A stretch of 56,729 nt of DNA from Candidatus Sumerlaeia bacterium (lineage in GTDB: Bacteria > Sumerlaeota > Sumerlaeia > SLMS01): the NCBI GenBank assembly GCA_038208905.1, contig JBBQYG010000005.1, positions 1-56,729 on the forward strand, written 5' to 3'. Below the pieces are notes generated by a model. The model did not search any database and had not been told where the DNA came from. It saw only the letters and a program-made list of their open reading frames with translations. Below, in pieces: positions 40,326 through 48,692 of this stretch. The stretch's first letter is position 1; every line of letters begins with the position of its first letter. Both the position numbers and the translations under genes were made by a program.

Positions 40326-40435
40326 GTAGCGTGGGCGTCCTCGACCGCGCTGGCGAACCACGGAGGCTTGCGTGTATGCGATATCAGGCCGCTTCACCGC
40401 GAGGCGGCGGGGCGCGGGCGGGACGCCCACGCTAC
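40326..40435. repeat. GTAG-type REP doublet
   Basis: GTAGCGTGGGCGTCCTCGACCGCG ... CGCGGGCGGGACGCCCACGCTAC. Confidence 0.8.
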
Positions 40436-40444
40436 CTTGGCGCG

Positions 40445-40798
40445 ATGGTCCGCAGCCTCGTTGCCGTCGTCGCCTTGATGGTGACGCTGGCCTCCTGCGC
40501 CACGCCAAACGCAGGGCGGCGGGTGATGTTTGTGGTGCCGGCGGAGCTTCCCGACGGCAGCGATAGCGGCGAGCGGCGCGCCCAGTTGGAGTCGTGGATC
40601 CTCGACCGCGCGGGCGGCTTTACCGAGGCCGGGCACGTGCGCGGTGCGTGGCGCGATCCGGAGGGGAAGCTGGTGGAGGAGGCGAATCACCTCTACATCG
40701 TCAGCATCAAGGATCGACCCGCGGAATTCGAGCGGGAACTCAAGCGGCGCATCGTCCGCGACTTCGACCAACAGGAGGCCTACGTTGAAAGCTGGTAG
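40445..40798 (+). CDS. Small lipoprotein, DUF3574-like
   Basis: Lipobox LASC; GGFT...GAW......EE...FDQQEAY pattern. Confidence 0.65.
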   Translation: MVRSLVAVVALMVTLASCATPNAGRRVMFVVPAELPDGSDSGERRAQLESWILDRAGGFTEAGHVRGAWRDPEGKLVEEANHLYIVSIKDRPAEFERELKRRIVRDFDQQEAYVESW

Positions 40799-41792
40799 AA
40801 TTTATATACTCGCCTTCGCCTTGCTGACTGGCTGCGCCGCGACGTGCCCCGTGTGCGAGAGCGCCGAGGCCCCCGTTGGCCAGACTCCCGTGGAGCCCGC
40901 CGCCGCGCGGGTTGCGGCCACACTCGATCCCGTGGCCGCGGACTTTCACAAGATGCGCGCGGCCAGCGGCGCCTTTGGCGATGGCGGCGTCATCGTGCTG
41001 ACCGTTGGCGCCGAGGCTTTGACGGAGGGAAAGAAAGCGGGGAAGTGGCCCGATGTGGAGCTGACCGATCTGTGGGCCCACGCGATCAAGGAAGGCTCCG
41101 TGCTGTTCAACGCGCCGGAGCGCCGCTGGGGGAAGACCGGCCCCGAGGAAACCGCCGACATCATCGGCCAGACCACGATCGGGCCGTGGCAGATGACAAT
41201 CCAGAACGTGAAGCACAAGTATGGCCCCAAGTATGGCGTGGACCCGGCCTGGGACGACGAGGCTGTCTATACGTTCTGCCGCGACAACCCGAAGGTGCAG
41301 GCGTCGATGATCAGCGACCTGATTCAGGAGAACTACGACCTGTTGGGCAAGCGCAGCCCCTATGCTATCCAGTGCTACTTCTGGCTGGAGGCCTATGCGA
41401 AGAGAGAGATCGGCCAGGGCCCGTGGGACAAGCGCGTGCTGCCGACGGCTCCCGATGGCGACTGGAAGAAGCTGACGCCGGAGATGAAGGCCGACACCGG
41501 ATTCTATGCCAAGCAGCTCGTCTGCGGCTCGCCGACGAATCACTACGGCCTGCTGTATTGGCTCGCGGTGACGGAGAAGGACGCCGAGATCGCCGACCTG
41601 CTGCGGACGTGGAAGAACCAGTACCACCGCGCCTGGGACGCGAAGTCCGGCACGACGATCCGCACGGCGCAGCCCGGCAATTTCGCGATCGGCGAGGAGG
41701 ATCTGAAGTACCTTGCCACATTTCCCGCGGAACACGCGCGCGTGCTGGGGATCCTGAAGCAGCTCGCGGGCGAACGCGCGCCGAAGGGCTGA
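40785..41792 (+). CDS. Hypothetical lipoprotein, possibly lysozyme-like fold
   Basis: TTG start after AGGAGG; lipobox LTGC; AHAIKEGS ... TTIGPWQMT. Confidence 0.7.
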   Translation: MKAGRIYILAFALLTGCAATCPVCESAEAPVGQTPVEPAAARVAATLDPVAADFHKMRAASGAFGDGGVIVLTVGAEALTEGKKAGKWPDVELTDLWAHAIKEGSVLFNAPERRWGKTGPEETADIIGQTTIGPWQMTIQNVKHKYGPKYGVDPAWDDEAVYTFCRDNPKVQASMISDLIQENYDLLGKRSPYAIQCYFWLEAYAKREIGQGPWDKRVLPTAPDGDWKKLTPEMKADTGFYAKQLVCGSPTNHYGLLYWLAVTEKDAEIADLLRTWKNQYHRAWDAKSGTTIRTAQPGNFAIGEEDLKYLATFPAEHARVLGILKQLAGERAPKG

Positions 41793-41798
41793 CGCCGC

Positions 41799-43436
41799 AT
41801 GACGACCCACGCGGTGCCGCGCCTTTTGCCCGCCGCGCTGGTCGGCCTCTTCCTCCTCGCGACGATCGCGGGCGGGGCCAGCTTCCCGCTCACGCCCGAC
41901 GAGGGGCGCTACGTCCTCGAATTCTCCCGCGGCTGGCGCTCGCTCGTCGCGTGGCTGGCGGAGGACAATCACCCGCCGCTCTACTTCCTCTTCCTCAAGG
42001 GATGGACCGACCTCTTCGGCGCGACGGAGTGGGTATTCCGCCTGCCCGGCGCGTTGTTTGGCGCCGCAACGGTTGCCGCGATTTACAGGTTCCTTCGCGA
42101 GCCGCTTGGCGGACGGCGGGCGCTTGTCTATACGGCCTTCGTCGCGTTCAATCCGCTCTTCCTCTTTGTGCATTGCCTGGGCAAGTACTACGGCGCGCTG
42201 GGGCTGCTGACGGTCCTCGCAGTGGGACTGATGGCGGCGATCCTGTATAGACGCGACGGCGGTCCCATCCCGCGCGGGAGGCTGGCGGCGTGGGGCACGT
42301 GCTGCCTGCTGCTGCTGTGGACGCACTACCTCGCGATTCCCATGATTGCGGCGATGGGGCTGTGGCTGATCTGTGAGTGGCTGCGCAAGTGCCGGGGAGG
42401 AACGGGGGCCATGATCGCGACGCTCGCGGTCGCGGTCGCCGGATTCGCCCCGTGGATTCCGGTGGTTCTTTCCCGCGCGGGCTCGGGCGAGGGGAACCCC
42501 GCGATGGCGACGCTCGCCGTGGGGAAGCGCCTCGTCGTGCGCGCTGGGTATTCAGCCTATGCGTTCGCGTTCGGGCCGACGCTGGAGCTGACACACGTCC
42601 TGCTCTACGGGCTCGGATTCCTCGCGGCGCTTTCGGCGCTGGCCTTTGGTATCTACACCATCGTCCGCCACGGTAGCACGGGCGTCTCGCCCCTGCACGA
42701 TCAACCGGGGCTGGTCGTGCATGGGCAGGATGCCCATGCCACCGTGTGGTTCGTTCTCTGGTTTGTGGGATTTGTCGGCGCTGCGTCGCTGGTGCTGATG
42801 GGGGTTTTTCTGCCGGGGCACCCGGATTTGTCGATGCCGGAGCGCCTCGCGTTCCTCCTCCCGTTCGTCGTGCTGATCGCGCTCCACGGCGCGGCGCGAT
42901 GGCCCGCGATGCTGAGGCGCGTGGCGTTTGTGGCGTGGGCGGTGCCGGCATCGGTGTCGGTTTGGAATGTCTATACAATGCGCGAGAACAACTCCTGGGA
43001 CTACCTGATCCCGTGGAGGGAGATCGCCGCGCGCATCGACTCCGAGCCCGCGCGGCCACGCACGGTGCTCGCCATCCGGCGGGAGTTCGCCGGGCTCTCC
43101 TGGCACTACCTGCGCCCGCGCGCGGAGCATTTCATCGAGATCGATCCCATGACGAAGCCCGGCCTCGCCGACCGCCTCGCGCCGGAACTGATCGCCCGCG
43201 GCGGGGCCGTCTTCATCCTCCGCGCCACGCGCGACGCCACCGCCGACGGGTCCATCGACGCCTTCACCGAATCTCTCGCCCGCCATCTGGGGCCGCCCTG
43301 CGCCACCGCCCCCCTCGTCTTCGAATCCGCCGCCATGCGCCGCCTCAAGGCCCGCCTCCGCCCCGATTCGCCCAGCGAATCCAAGATGACCTTCCTCCAA
43401 TACTGCCCCGATCGTCTTGCATCTCACCCACACTAG
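41799..43436 (+). CDS. GT-C fold (ArnT/PMT-like, GT39/83-type) membrane glycosyltransferase
   Basis: TPDEG, DNHPPLYF.FLK.W, GATEWVFRLP, KYYG and WTHY motifs; multiple TM. Confidence 0.85.
   Translation: MTTHAVPRLLPAALVGLFLLATIAGGASFPLTPDEGRYVLEFSRGWRSLVAWLAEDNHPPLYFLFLKGWTDLFGATEWVFRLPGALFGAATVAAIYRFLREPLGGRRALVYTAFVAFNPLFLFVHCLGKYYGALGLLTVLAVGLMAAILYRRDGGPIPRGRLAAWGTCCLLLLWTHYLAIPMIAAMGLWLICEWLRKCRGGTGAMIATLAVAVAGFAPWIPVVLSRAGSGEGNPAMATLAVGKRLVVRAGYSAYAFAFGPTLELTHVLLYGLGFLAALSALAFGIYTIVRHGSTGVSPLHDQPGLVVHGQDAHATVWFVLWFVGFVGAASLVLMGVFLPGHPDLSMPERLAFLLPFVVLIALHGAARWPAMLRRVAFVAWAVPASVSVWNVYTMRENNSWDYLIPWREIAARIDSEPARPRTVLAIRREFAGLSWHYLRPRAEHFIEIDPMTKPGLADRLAPELIARGGAVFILRATRDATADGSIDAFTESLARHLGPPCATAPLVFESAAMRRLKARLRPDSPSESKMTFLQYCPDRLASHPH
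42673..42742. repeat. GTAG-type REP doublet inside the CDS (in frame)
   Basis: GTAGCACGGGCGTCTCGCCCCTG ... CATGGGCAGGATGCCCATGCCAC, translated as (HG)STGVSPLHDQPGLVVHGQDAHAT. Confidence 0.8.
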
Positions 43437-43443
43437 CTGGTGC

Positions 43444-43514
43444 AGTTCCTGCCGTCAGCGCCTTTCCCGTTTTTCCCATCTGTCCCGTTCCCCATTCCCC
43501 ATTCCCAATTCCCC
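43444..43514. repeat. Family B arm followed by (CCCCATT)n heptamers
   Basis: TTCCCGTTT TTCCCATCT GTCCCGTT CCCCATT CCCCATT CCCAATT CCCC. Confidence 0.65.
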
Positions 43515-43521
43515 GCTTCCA

Positions 43522-44067
43522 ATGCCCAACCTCTTCCTATCCTCCGACCGCCTCTACCTTCGCCCCGCGGAATCAACCGACGCCGCGCTGGTTGCCGCGT
43601 GCCACAACGATCCCGCCGTCCGCGCGTCGATGTTCACCAACGCGCCGCTGAGCCTTGAAGGCGCGGCGGAGCGCATCCGCGGCTGGTACAAGCCCGGAGC
43701 CGACTACATTCCGTTCGTCGTGTGTCTCAAGGAGGACGACCGCCCCATCGGCCTCGCCGCGCTCGTCCGCGTGGACCAGGTCAGCCGGATGTCGGCCTAC
43801 TCGCTGTGCCTCCCCGATCCCGCCACGTGGGGCCAGGGCTACGCCACGGAGGCCACGGGCCTGATGCTGCACTATGGCTTCGAGGTGCTCAACCTGCACC
43901 GAATCCAGCTCCACGTTTGGTCCGGCAACGCGGGCGCGATCCGCGCCTACCTGCGCAACGGATTCAAGGAGGAGGGACGGCTCCGCGAGGCGATGCGGCT
44001 GGAGGGAAAGTGGGCGGATTTTCTGCTGATGGGAATCCTGGAGGAAGAGTGGCGCGCGAAAGGGTAG
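43522..44067 (+). CDS. GNAT acetyltransferase, RimJ/RimL/SpeG-like
   Basis: RLYLRP, WGQGYATEA, F..LNLHRIQLHV..GN..AIRAY...GFKEEGRLR and MGILEEEW motifs. Confidence 0.92.
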   Translation: MPNLFLSSDRLYLRPAESTDAALVAACHNDPAVRASMFTNAPLSLEGAAERIRGWYKPGADYIPFVVCLKEDDRPIGLAALVRVDQVSRMSAYSLCLPDPATWGQGYATEATGLMLHYGFEVLNLHRIQLHVWSGNAGAIRAYLRNGFKEEGRLREAMRLEGKWADFLLMGILEEEWRAKG

Positions 44068-44252
44068 GGGGAACGGCGGGAAAAACGGAGACGGCGGGAA
44101 AAGCGGGAACGGCGCGTGCGGCGGTGGCAGTTGATCGGCCCCGCCGTTTTTGCCTTTCCCGCTGTTCCCCTGTTTTTCGCTGTTTCCGTTTTTCCCGCCG
44201 TTCCCGCCGTTTCTGTTTTTCCCGCCTTTCCCGCTTTTCCCTGCCGTTCCCC
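44068..44252. repeat. Largest two-armed family B element
   Basis: 5 purine units (CGGGAAAAA, CGGGAAAAG, CGGGAACGG...) followed by ~13 pyrimidine units (TTCCCGCTG, TTCCCGCCG, TTCCCGCCT...). Confidence 0.9.
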
Positions 44253-44295
44253 TCCTTCCGCCCCATACTCCAATTGGGAGAAGGAGGACAGAATC

Positions 44296-44997
44296 ATGGG
44301 GCGAACAATGGCGTTGGTGGGACCATTCCGGGAGTTTCCGGGTGCGGTAAGCGAGTTGCTGGGGGTGTTGGATACCGGTCAGCCGACGGAAGGTTACTTG
44401 GAGCGCGCGACGATCCCCGATGACTGGGGGTGCCTGCGCGAGTACTGCCGCGCGACGGAGACCGACCCGGTCCGCGAGGGGTTGCACCTGAGGCGGGCGC
44501 TGGGGCGGACGGCCTACCGGTGTGACCGCGTGTGCCTGTTGCTGAACGTGCTGGTGGAGGGCCGCGCGGGTTTGCTCCAGCAGCCGGAGGCCAATACGCG
44601 GCGGGAGATCCTGTCGTTCTTTGGGAGCCTGCGAGAGTCGTCGATCGACTGTCCCTGCCGCCTGTGGTTGTCGCTGTTCTCCGCCATCGAGCTCTATGGC
44701 CATCTGCTCTCATCGCGCGGATACCACCGCGAGCATCGCGTGCTCATCCGGCTGCTCCACGGCGTCGTCTTTCGCCGCGAATGGAACGGGGAGGAGCGCC
44801 CCGAGGCGATCTCGCGCTACTTCTGCACCCTCCGCCTCGCGGTGCCGGCGATTCGGCGCAATCCCGCCGCATGGCGATTCCTGGCTCCGCGCGCGACGGT
44901 GGAATTCGCCCCGTTCCTCCGCCGCTGGGCGGCGCAGAACGGCGCCGTGCTGGCGCCGACGTTTCACCCGTTGAGGGATGCGCTGGCGATGGTTTAG
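44296..44997 (+). CDS. Hypothetical protein (no recognisable family)
   Basis: AAGGAGG SD before ATG 44296; 233 aa, helical, Arg/Leu/Cys-rich. Confidence 0.6.
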   Translation: MGRTMALVGPFREFPGAVSELLGVLDTGQPTEGYLERATIPDDWGCLREYCRATETDPVREGLHLRRALGRTAYRCDRVCLLLNVLVEGRAGLLQQPEANTRREILSFFGSLRESSIDCPCRLWLSLFSAIELYGHLLSSRGYHREHRVLIRLLHGVVFRREWNGEERPEAISRYFCTLRLAVPAIRRNPAAWRFLAPRATVEFAPFLRRWAAQNGAVLAPTFHPLRDALAMV

Positions 44998-45018
44998 GGT
45001 ATGTTGATGTTTTCCGAA

Positions 45019-45084
45019 TCCGACCTGATGGACGACTTGGACTTGATCGACGTCCATCAGGTCCATCCAGTCCATTTTGTCCAT
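45019..45084. repeat. Two-armed family A palindrome
   Basis: ATGGACGAC TTGGACTTG ATCGAC|GTCCAT CAG GTCCAT CCA GTCCAT TTT GTCCAT. Confidence 0.85.
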
Positions 45085-45171
45085 TGAGTTGCAGCGACGA
45101 CACGAATCGCCGACAAGGACGCGTTCCACTGGAACCCCAACACCACGCGGCCGCATTGAGCCGCGATGGAG

Positions 45172-45208
45172 AAAAAAAACCCGCCCCATCCGTGCAGGAT
45201 GGGGCGGG
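45172..45208 (-). terminator. Intrinsic terminator of the minus-strand FG-GAP gene
   Basis: 12-bp perfect stem CCCGCCCCATCC/GGATGGGGCGGG with A8 on the plus strand (U8 on minus). Confidence 0.88.
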
Positions 45209-45245
45209 CGGCAAAACGATCAGGCGATGCGACGTGACGCGTCGA

Positions 45246-46721
45246 TTACTGCCACATCATGAAGTCCTCAACGTTGAGGACGGGCGGCGTCACCTCGAAG
45301 ACCGTGACGATGGGATTGGTGAGGCCGATGCCGGAGGAGGCGACAACGATCTCCCCCAGTCCGTCGCCGTCCATGTCGAGAATCGCGGTCGTGCTGCCGG
45401 TCGCGAAGTCGGAGACGAATTCCGGCATGGTCAGGCCGGAGGCCGGGGCGCGGGTGATGTCATAGCTGGCCAGAGCGGCCTCGGAACCGGTGCCCTTGTA
45501 CTCAAGGATGACCAGTTCACCATTGTCGGGCGTCGCGACGGAGGGGGCGTCCTGCATGGCGATGACGATTTCCTTGTTTCCGTCCAGATCAAGGTCCGTC
45601 AGCTTGATCGCATAGATGGCCTGGGCGTTGCCATCGGTCTGCGTTCCGCTGGGAACGATGCCGAGGTCGGCGCCCCCATTGACGAACGGCGTTGCGGCAA
45701 TTCCGCCAAGGGTACTGAGGGCGCCGCTGGCGATGCCGTCCACTGTCCAGATATTGCCACCGCCGCTGGCGGCGAAGAAGACCGTGGGGACGCCATCGCC
45801 GTCAACATCGGCGATCAGAAGGCTTTCCGGGCGGACCACGTTGTCGGTGTAGGCATTCAGGGTATCGAGACCGGGCGAATTGAGCTTGGCGAGAGCATAG
45901 GTATTGGCGGCCGTCCCTTCATAGGCAGCCATCGCCGCGTTTTGATAGATACCGACAACGATGTCGGCGCTCCCGTCCCCGTTCAGGTCGGCGATCTGGG
46001 CGGCGTAGGGGGAGGAGGGAACTGGTCCCAAATCGGCTTCCGAAGTAAGCACAACATTGCCGCCCGCCCACGTCCCTGAAGCAATGGAGGCCACGATCAC
46101 TGCATTCTGCTCGTCATCAATCAGAACGATTTCGGTTACTGAATCTCCATCCGGATCGCCGAAGGCGAAGCCCAAAGGCTCGCTGTCTCCATCCGCCGCG
46201 GCGGGAGGCTGCAGCAGGAGGCCTTGGGAAAACTCATTGTCCGCTACCGTGTTGCCGGCGCCCCACGTGTCGTTGGCAGTCGAGGCGTAGGCCATCAGAT
46301 TGCGGGTAACCGATCCTCCCGGACCTGCAAACCCAACGATGATTTCGGGACCGTTCGCCCCGTCCCAATCCACCACGTCCATATAGCCGTAGGAGCTGAA
46401 GTTCGAGGGCCCGCCCTCACCCGTGATTCTGTCCGAGTACTTCAGGGCATAGCCATTGTCGGCACCGGTGGCCTCATAGATGAACAACTGGGCGCTGTCG
46501 TTGGTGCCATCGACGCGAAGCAGGACGATCTCCTTGTTGCCATCGCCATCGGTGTCGACACCCGCGCGGCAGAAGACGCCGTTAATGTCGGCGATGATGG
46601 TGCCCACGGCCGCGCCAGCCTGAACGTTCGAATAGACGCCCTGATAATCCAGCGCGTTGGCAGTGCCGACAAGCGTCGCCAGAACGGCCACGCAAGTCGA
46701 AAGATGGGTTTTGGTCTTCAT
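45246..46721 (-). CDS. Secreted FG-GAP/VCBS-repeat beta-propeller protein
   Basis: Signal peptide; seven DxDGDG-like repeats (DTDGDGNKEI, DWDGANGPEI, DPDGDSVTEI, DLNGDGSADI, DVDGDG, DLDLDGNKEI, DMDGDGLGEI); ends VLNVEDFMMWQ. Confidence 0.88.
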   Translation of the reverse strand: MKTKTHLSTCVAVLATLVGTANALDYQGVYSNVQAGAAVGTIIADINGVFCRAGVDTDGDGNKEIVLLRVDGTNDSAQLFIYEATGADNGYALKYSDRITGEGGPSNFSSYGYMDVVDWDGANGPEIIVGFAGPGGSVTRNLMAYASTANDTWGAGNTVADNEFSQGLLLQPPAAADGDSEPLGFAFGDPDGDSVTEIVLIDDEQNAVIVASIASGTWAGGNVVLTSEADLGPVPSSPYAAQIADLNGDGSADIVVGIYQNAAMAAYEGTAANTYALAKLNSPGLDTLNAYTDNVVRPESLLIADVDGDGVPTVFFAASGGGNIWTVDGIASGALSTLGGIAATPFVNGGADLGIVPSGTQTDGNAQAIYAIKLTDLDLDGNKEIVIAMQDAPSVATPDNGELVILEYKGTGSEAALASYDITRAPASGLTMPEFVSDFATGSTTAILDMDGDGLGEIVVASSGIGLTNPIVTVFEVTPPVLNVEDFMMWQ

Positions 46722-46764
46722 AATGGGGTCCTTTTTTGGGGATTAGTTTTTCCGACGCACCCAG

Positions 46765-46794
46765 AGGATGGACAATTCACGTGTGTCCTGTCAA
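46765..46794 (-). promoter_or_regulatory. Possible sigma70-type promoter of the FG-GAP gene
   Basis: TTGACA (46794-46789), 18-nt spacer, weak -10 CATCCT, about 45 nt before the ATG. Confidence 0.3.
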
Positions 46795-47039
46795 CCATTT
46801 AGGAGTTTTTTTCGCCAATTGTGCCAGCGACGCGGCTTTTGGCGGACCTTGGCGAGGCGCGGATCGCGGCACACGCATCGCCGGTAGGCTTACTCTCCCC
46901 TGACTTGTCAGGGCCCCTAAGCCCTGCAACCCGAACCACTCCCGCGCCGGAATCTGCTGTTTTCTTCCGCCGGGGGGGCAAATTGAGTTCACCCGTTCCC
47001 CCCTTGCCCACGGCACCGAGTCGGCGGACCAGTTTCTGC

Positions 47040-47927
47040 ATGATCCCTTCAGGCTTTTTCCCCGTGTCTTCCGCCGTTTTCCTCCTCGCCGCCTGTGCCG
47101 GCACCCCCGCCCCGCGCGCCTCCGCGCCGGGGTACACGGGTCCGCCCGTCGCCGCAATGACTTGGAACATCCGCATCGGCGCCGGGCCGGAGGGCCCCCT
47201 CAAGCCCGGCACCACGGCGAACCTTCGCGCCATCGCCGCCGCTATTGTCGAGGAGGGTGCCGATGTGGTGCTGCTGCAGGAGGTTGACCGCAACAGTGCG
47301 CGCACCGCGAGGACCGATCAGCTGGCGCTTCTGGGCGAGGCCACGGGGATGCACACCGCCTGGGCCCCCGCCATCGAGACCGACGCGATGGCCTATGGCA
47401 TCGGCCTGTTGAGCCGGTGGCCCATCGGGAGCACCGAGGTCGTGCGGCTCCCCTTCGTCGATTACGCGCCGCTGAACAAGGACATCCCCGCCTACTATGG
47501 CGAGCCGCGCGTGGCGCTGGTGGCGCGGCTGGAGGGAATGCCGGTCACGATCATCAACACCCACCTGGGCCTGACGAAGGAACAGCGCCTTGCCCAGATC
47601 GAAGTCCTGACGCGGCTGGCCATCGCGGAGGAATCCGCGGGCCGCGCCGTGATTCTGGGCGGCGACCTCAACGCGGAGCCCGACGCGCCGGAGCTGTTGC
47701 CGCTGCGCGCGGCCCTTCGCGATGTCTATCACGGCCACACCGACAAGTGGGGGCTGGAGCACGACCTCTCCGTCCGCGACCGGCTGACGTTTCCCGCGCT
47801 CAAGCCCGACCGCTGCATCGACTTCCTGTTCCTGAGCCGCGACGTCTTTACACTGGAGAGTATGACCATCCCGCAACGCCCGCTGAGCGATCACCTGCCG
47901 GTGATGGCGAGGCTGGCGGGGCGGTAG
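47040..47927 (+). CDS. Endonuclease/exonuclease/phosphatase (EEP) family lipoprotein
   Basis: Lipobox LAAC; MTWNI, LLQEVD, NTHL, GGDLN, CIDFLF and SDHLPV motifs. Confidence 0.9.
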   Translation: MIPSGFFPVSSAVFLLAACAGTPAPRASAPGYTGPPVAAMTWNIRIGAGPEGPLKPGTTANLRAIAAAIVEEGADVVLLQEVDRNSARTARTDQLALLGEATGMHTAWAPAIETDAMAYGIGLLSRWPIGSTEVVRLPFVDYAPLNKDIPAYYGEPRVALVARLEGMPVTIINTHLGLTKEQRLAQIEVLTRLAIAEESAGRAVILGGDLNAEPDAPELLPLRAALRDVYHGHTDKWGLEHDLSVRDRLTFPALKPDRCIDFLFLSRDVFTLESMTIPQRPLSDHLPVMARLAGR

Positions 47928-47935
47928 CGCGCTCC

Positions 47936-48547
47936 CTAAACAGCATCCGCCGACGCGGCGTTTTCGTCCCGGGGCCGATCAGCCAGCACAAACGCTAGAC
48001 CCAGCGCGATTCCGACAAGGCTCAGCAGCCACATCGGCGGCAGATAGCCGTGCTTGGCGGTCATGTTGAGTCCGCGCGAGATTCCCATGACGAGCGTGTG
48101 GGTGAAGAGGACCGCCATCGTGGCGAGGGATAGCCCCCACCGCACGCGCCGCGTCCAATCGGTGCGCGTCAGCAGATAGATCCCCCCCGCCGTCAGCGCG
48201 CCAAACAGGAGGATCGCCTCTCCGCTGAAGGACATGCGGCCAGATTCCTTCTGGAAGAAGTCGGGAAAGTAGGAGGGCTCCAGAATCGACAGCGACATCG
48301 GCACGTGCATCGCCACGCCGAAGATCCCGGCGCGAAACCACGCGCGCGCCGGCACGGCGGGGGTGGACCCGCGCGCGGCGCGCCGCTGGGCCAGGAACGC
48401 CACCGAGAAACAGAGCGCCGCAGACATGGAGACAGCCTTGTTGACGACGAAGACCGGCAGGTTTGCCGCGTTTTCCGGCGCAAACGCCACATAGCGAATC
48501 GTGGAGTACACGAGCGACAAAATGTAGAGAATGGCAATTGGCCACAT
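47936..48547 (-). CDS. Six-TM membrane protein, ferric-reductase/STEAP/MsrQ-like
   Basis: YSTIRY...LPVFVVNKAV, AMHVPMSL, FTHTLVMG and YLPPMWLLS motifs. Confidence 0.6.
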   Translation of the reverse strand: MWPIAILYILSLVYSTIRYVAFAPENAANLPVFVVNKAVSMSAALCFSVAFLAQRRAARGSTPAVPARAWFRAGIFGVAMHVPMSLSILEPSYFPDFFQKESGRMSFSGEAILLFGALTAGGIYLLTRTDWTRRVRWGLSLATMAVLFTHTLVMGISRGLNMTAKHGYLPPMWLLSLVGIALGLAFVLADRPRDENAASADAV

Positions 48548-48692
48548 GGGTTCGGCCCTCCGCCGCGGATCGAAGCCGGGCTCTGGGAGGGTGGCAATCA
48601 CAAGCGTAGAGTAAAGCGACTTCTGTCGATTCCTCAGTCTTGCCGCTGCGCCGGGGGTGGCGCGCCGTCCCTCGTCAGAAGCACCGATGCCC

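Noticed and set aside
44068-44252. Possible CRISPR array or other spacer-bearing array
   Set aside because: The unit is 9 bp with 3-nt variable positions; there are no 23-47-bp repeats with unique spacers and no cas genes
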